Shown here piece after piece: positions 8,709-11,042 of a DNA stretch of 11,042 bases. Under the pieces are notes generated by a model. That model searched no databases. It was given only the letters and a program-made list of their open reading frames with translations, and had not been told where the DNA came from. The DNA lies in UHGV virus genome UHGV-0292601. One strand, 5' to 3'. This DNA comes from a virus. Both the position numbers and the translations under genes were made by a program. How positions within the stretch are numbered: the first letter of the stretch is position 1; every line of letters starts with the position of its first letter.

Positions 8709-9377
8709 CTATTTTTTCCCTGAAGCGGAAAACATTACTACAGTACCTTGAACCTTGGTTTTAACATTCTCGAAATGCTCTGAGAGTATATGTGTTAAGC
8801 CTTCTTCGGAATCTTTTGTGTTTGAAAAGATGCCTTTCTGATTGTAAATGCGCATCAGTTTTTGACCGAAGCTATTGTGCACAACTCCATCGCCAAGAAT
8901 TGTGGCTCCGTATAGAGTTCCATCGTCAGTTAAGGCCTGCGCCGCATTGCGTATTACACAGCTTTTTGTAGATATATTTCCAGGCAGGCAGTGAAGAAGG
9001 TAAAACATGGAAATGGAATCAAATTGACCATGTAACGCCGCGGGATAAGGTTCAAAAACATCATGGCTAATTTTATGTTTAATTTTTGATTCCCCAGCCC
9101 TTGTAGATGCCGCGTTCAGGCTAGCTTCGTTCAAATCCATTAAAGATATCAGACTACTCTCAGGTACGTGAGTAAGGTAAAACCCAGTTCCAACACCAAT
9201 ATCCAGATGGTTGTTACCTAAATGTTCCAGAAAGTGTGGAAGAAGGTGTTCCTTTGTAGGACATCCCCATGCAAGCCGATTTGATACTCCCAAAACCCAC
9301 CAGTCATAAAGCTTTAGGGTAAGTGGTGTGTAAATTTTAGCCCCATCATCTGTGTTTTTTTTCATTAATTTCACCAT
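8709..9377 (-). CDS. Class I (Rossmann-fold) SAM-dependent methyltransferase, likely small-molecule or protein methyltransferase; phage cargo (moron) gene
   Basis: 222-aa ORF with the motif order typical of this fold: motif I LDIGVGTGFY, an acidic residue ending beta-2 (LMDLNE), motif II FDSISMFYLLHCLP, and motif III LTDDGTLYGATIL. I see no DNA-methyltransferase DPPY or PC motifs. Its position between tfa and a tfa remnant recalls the putative methyltransferase ybcY between tfaD and tfaX in the E. coli K-12 DLP12 prophage; that equivalence is from memory and unverified. A GGTGA Shine-Dalgarno better serves the second ATG (codon 5, base 9365), so the true start may be there. Confidence 0.75.
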   Translation of the reverse strand: MVKLMKKNTDDGAKIYTPLTLKLYDWWVLGVSNRLAWGCPTKEHLLPHFLEHLGNNHLDIGVGTGFYLTHVPESSLISLMDLNEASLNAASTRAGESKIKHKISHDVFEPYPAALHGQFDSISMFYLLHCLPGNISTKSCVIRNAAQALTDDGTLYGATILGDGVVHNSFGQKLMRIYNQKGIFSNTKDSEEGLTHILSEHFENVKTKVQGTVVMFSASGKK

Positions 9378-9433
9378 GTTATAGTTTTATTTGTGAATTA
9401 AATCAATTATGGCGATGAATTACAAGGGGTTAA

Positions 9434-9739
9434 ATGCTGCCGCAACATAGCGATATTGAAATAGCCTGGTATGCTTCGATACAACAGGAGCCGAATGGCT
9501 GGAAGACCGTCACCACACAGTTCTACATCCAGGAATTCAGTGAGTATATTGCGCCACTGCAGGATGCTGTAGATCTGGAAATCGCAACGGAGGAAGAAAG
9601 ATCGTTGCTGGAGGCATGGAATAAATATCGGGTATTGTTGAATCGAGTTGATACATCAGTAGCTCTGGGTATGAAGCTGTTTGTAACTCATGTTACAGTA
9701 ACAGTCATTACTATCTCGAAGGTGCAAAATGTATATTGA
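9434..9739 (+). pseudogene. Truncated tail fiber assembly (tfa-like) remnant with an unrelated N-terminus
   Basis: 101-aa ORF whose central segment [38 protein letters not shown] duplicates Tfa residues encoded at about 8497-8610. The N-terminal 37 aa and the C-terminal tail show no Tfa similarity. An AAGGGG Shine-Dalgarno lies 5 nt upstream of the ATG, so it may still be translated. Confidence 0.55.
9538..9659 (+). repeat. Direct repeat, copy 2 (inside the tfa remnant)
   Basis: See copy 1. The two copies are in the same orientation and flank the - strand methyltransferase gene. Confidence 0.85.
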
Positions 9740-9847
9740 TTTGATATTTTATAAATTTACTTCGAATCTGGCACGTCAACTTTTGATTAAAGTAATATCA
9801 GTTTTCGGCGAAAAAAGGACCGTGTACATGAGACGATTTCATACAAT

Positions 9848-9863
9848 GGAAGGTGCGAACAAG
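9848..9863 (+). repeat. IS5 left terminal inverted repeat
   Basis: GGAAGGTGCGAACAAG; one mismatch to the reverse complement of the right end. Confidence 0.9.
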
Positions 9864-9870
9864 TTCCTGA

Positions 9871-10896
<1,026 letters not shown>

Positions 10897-11026
10897 AAAC
10901 TGGGGATAACGCCTTAAATGGCGAAGAAACGGTCTAAATAGGCTGATTCAAGGCATTTACGGGAGAAAAAATCGGCTCAAACATGAAGAAATGAAATGAC
11001 TGAGTCAGCCGAGAAGAATTTCCCCG

Positions 11027-11042
11027 CTTATTCGCACCTTCC
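11027..11042 (+). repeat. IS5 right terminal inverted repeat
   Basis: CTTATTCGCACCTTCC, the reverse complement of GGAAGGTGCGAATAAG. Confidence 0.9.

Noticed and set aside
9378-9433. Promoter for the methyltransferase gene in the AT-rich spacer upstream of its start on the - strand
   Set aside because: The region is AT-rich with CATAAT- and TTGTAA-like hexamers on the - strand, but their spacing is about 8 nt, not 17. It is plausible as a promoter region but cannot be placed from sequence alone.
8489-9659. Invertible tail-fiber switch (Mu G-segment or e14 P-segment style Pin/Gin system) suggested by duplicated tfa sequence
   Set aside because: The two tfa-derived repeats are in direct, not inverted, orientation. 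No invertase (pin, gin, cin) gene or crossover sites are visible in the window. The segment looks like a moron insertion, not a shufflon.

Overview
This window is the right-hand end of the tail module of a lambda-like (lambdoid) enterobacterial prophage, followed by a small cargo region and an insertion sequence. All tail genes are on the + strand in lambda order: the 3' end of K, then I, J, lom, a long side tail fiber gene (stf) interrupted by one in-frame TAG, and tfa. Downstream, a visibly AT-rich SAM-dependent methyltransferase gene sits on the opposite strand, bracketed by a ~120-bp direct duplication of the tfa 3' end; the second copy forms a truncated tfa-like ORF. A complete 1195-bp IS5 occupies 9848..11042 and ends exactly at the window edge. 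The methyltransferase cargo gene, the amber-interrupted fiber, and the apparently swapped receptor-binding ends of J and Stf are the points most worth follow-up. I see no CRISPR array, rRNA or tRNA. Family assignments rest on my recollection of phage lambda and IS5 sequences, not on a search; GC shifts were judged by eye, not computed.
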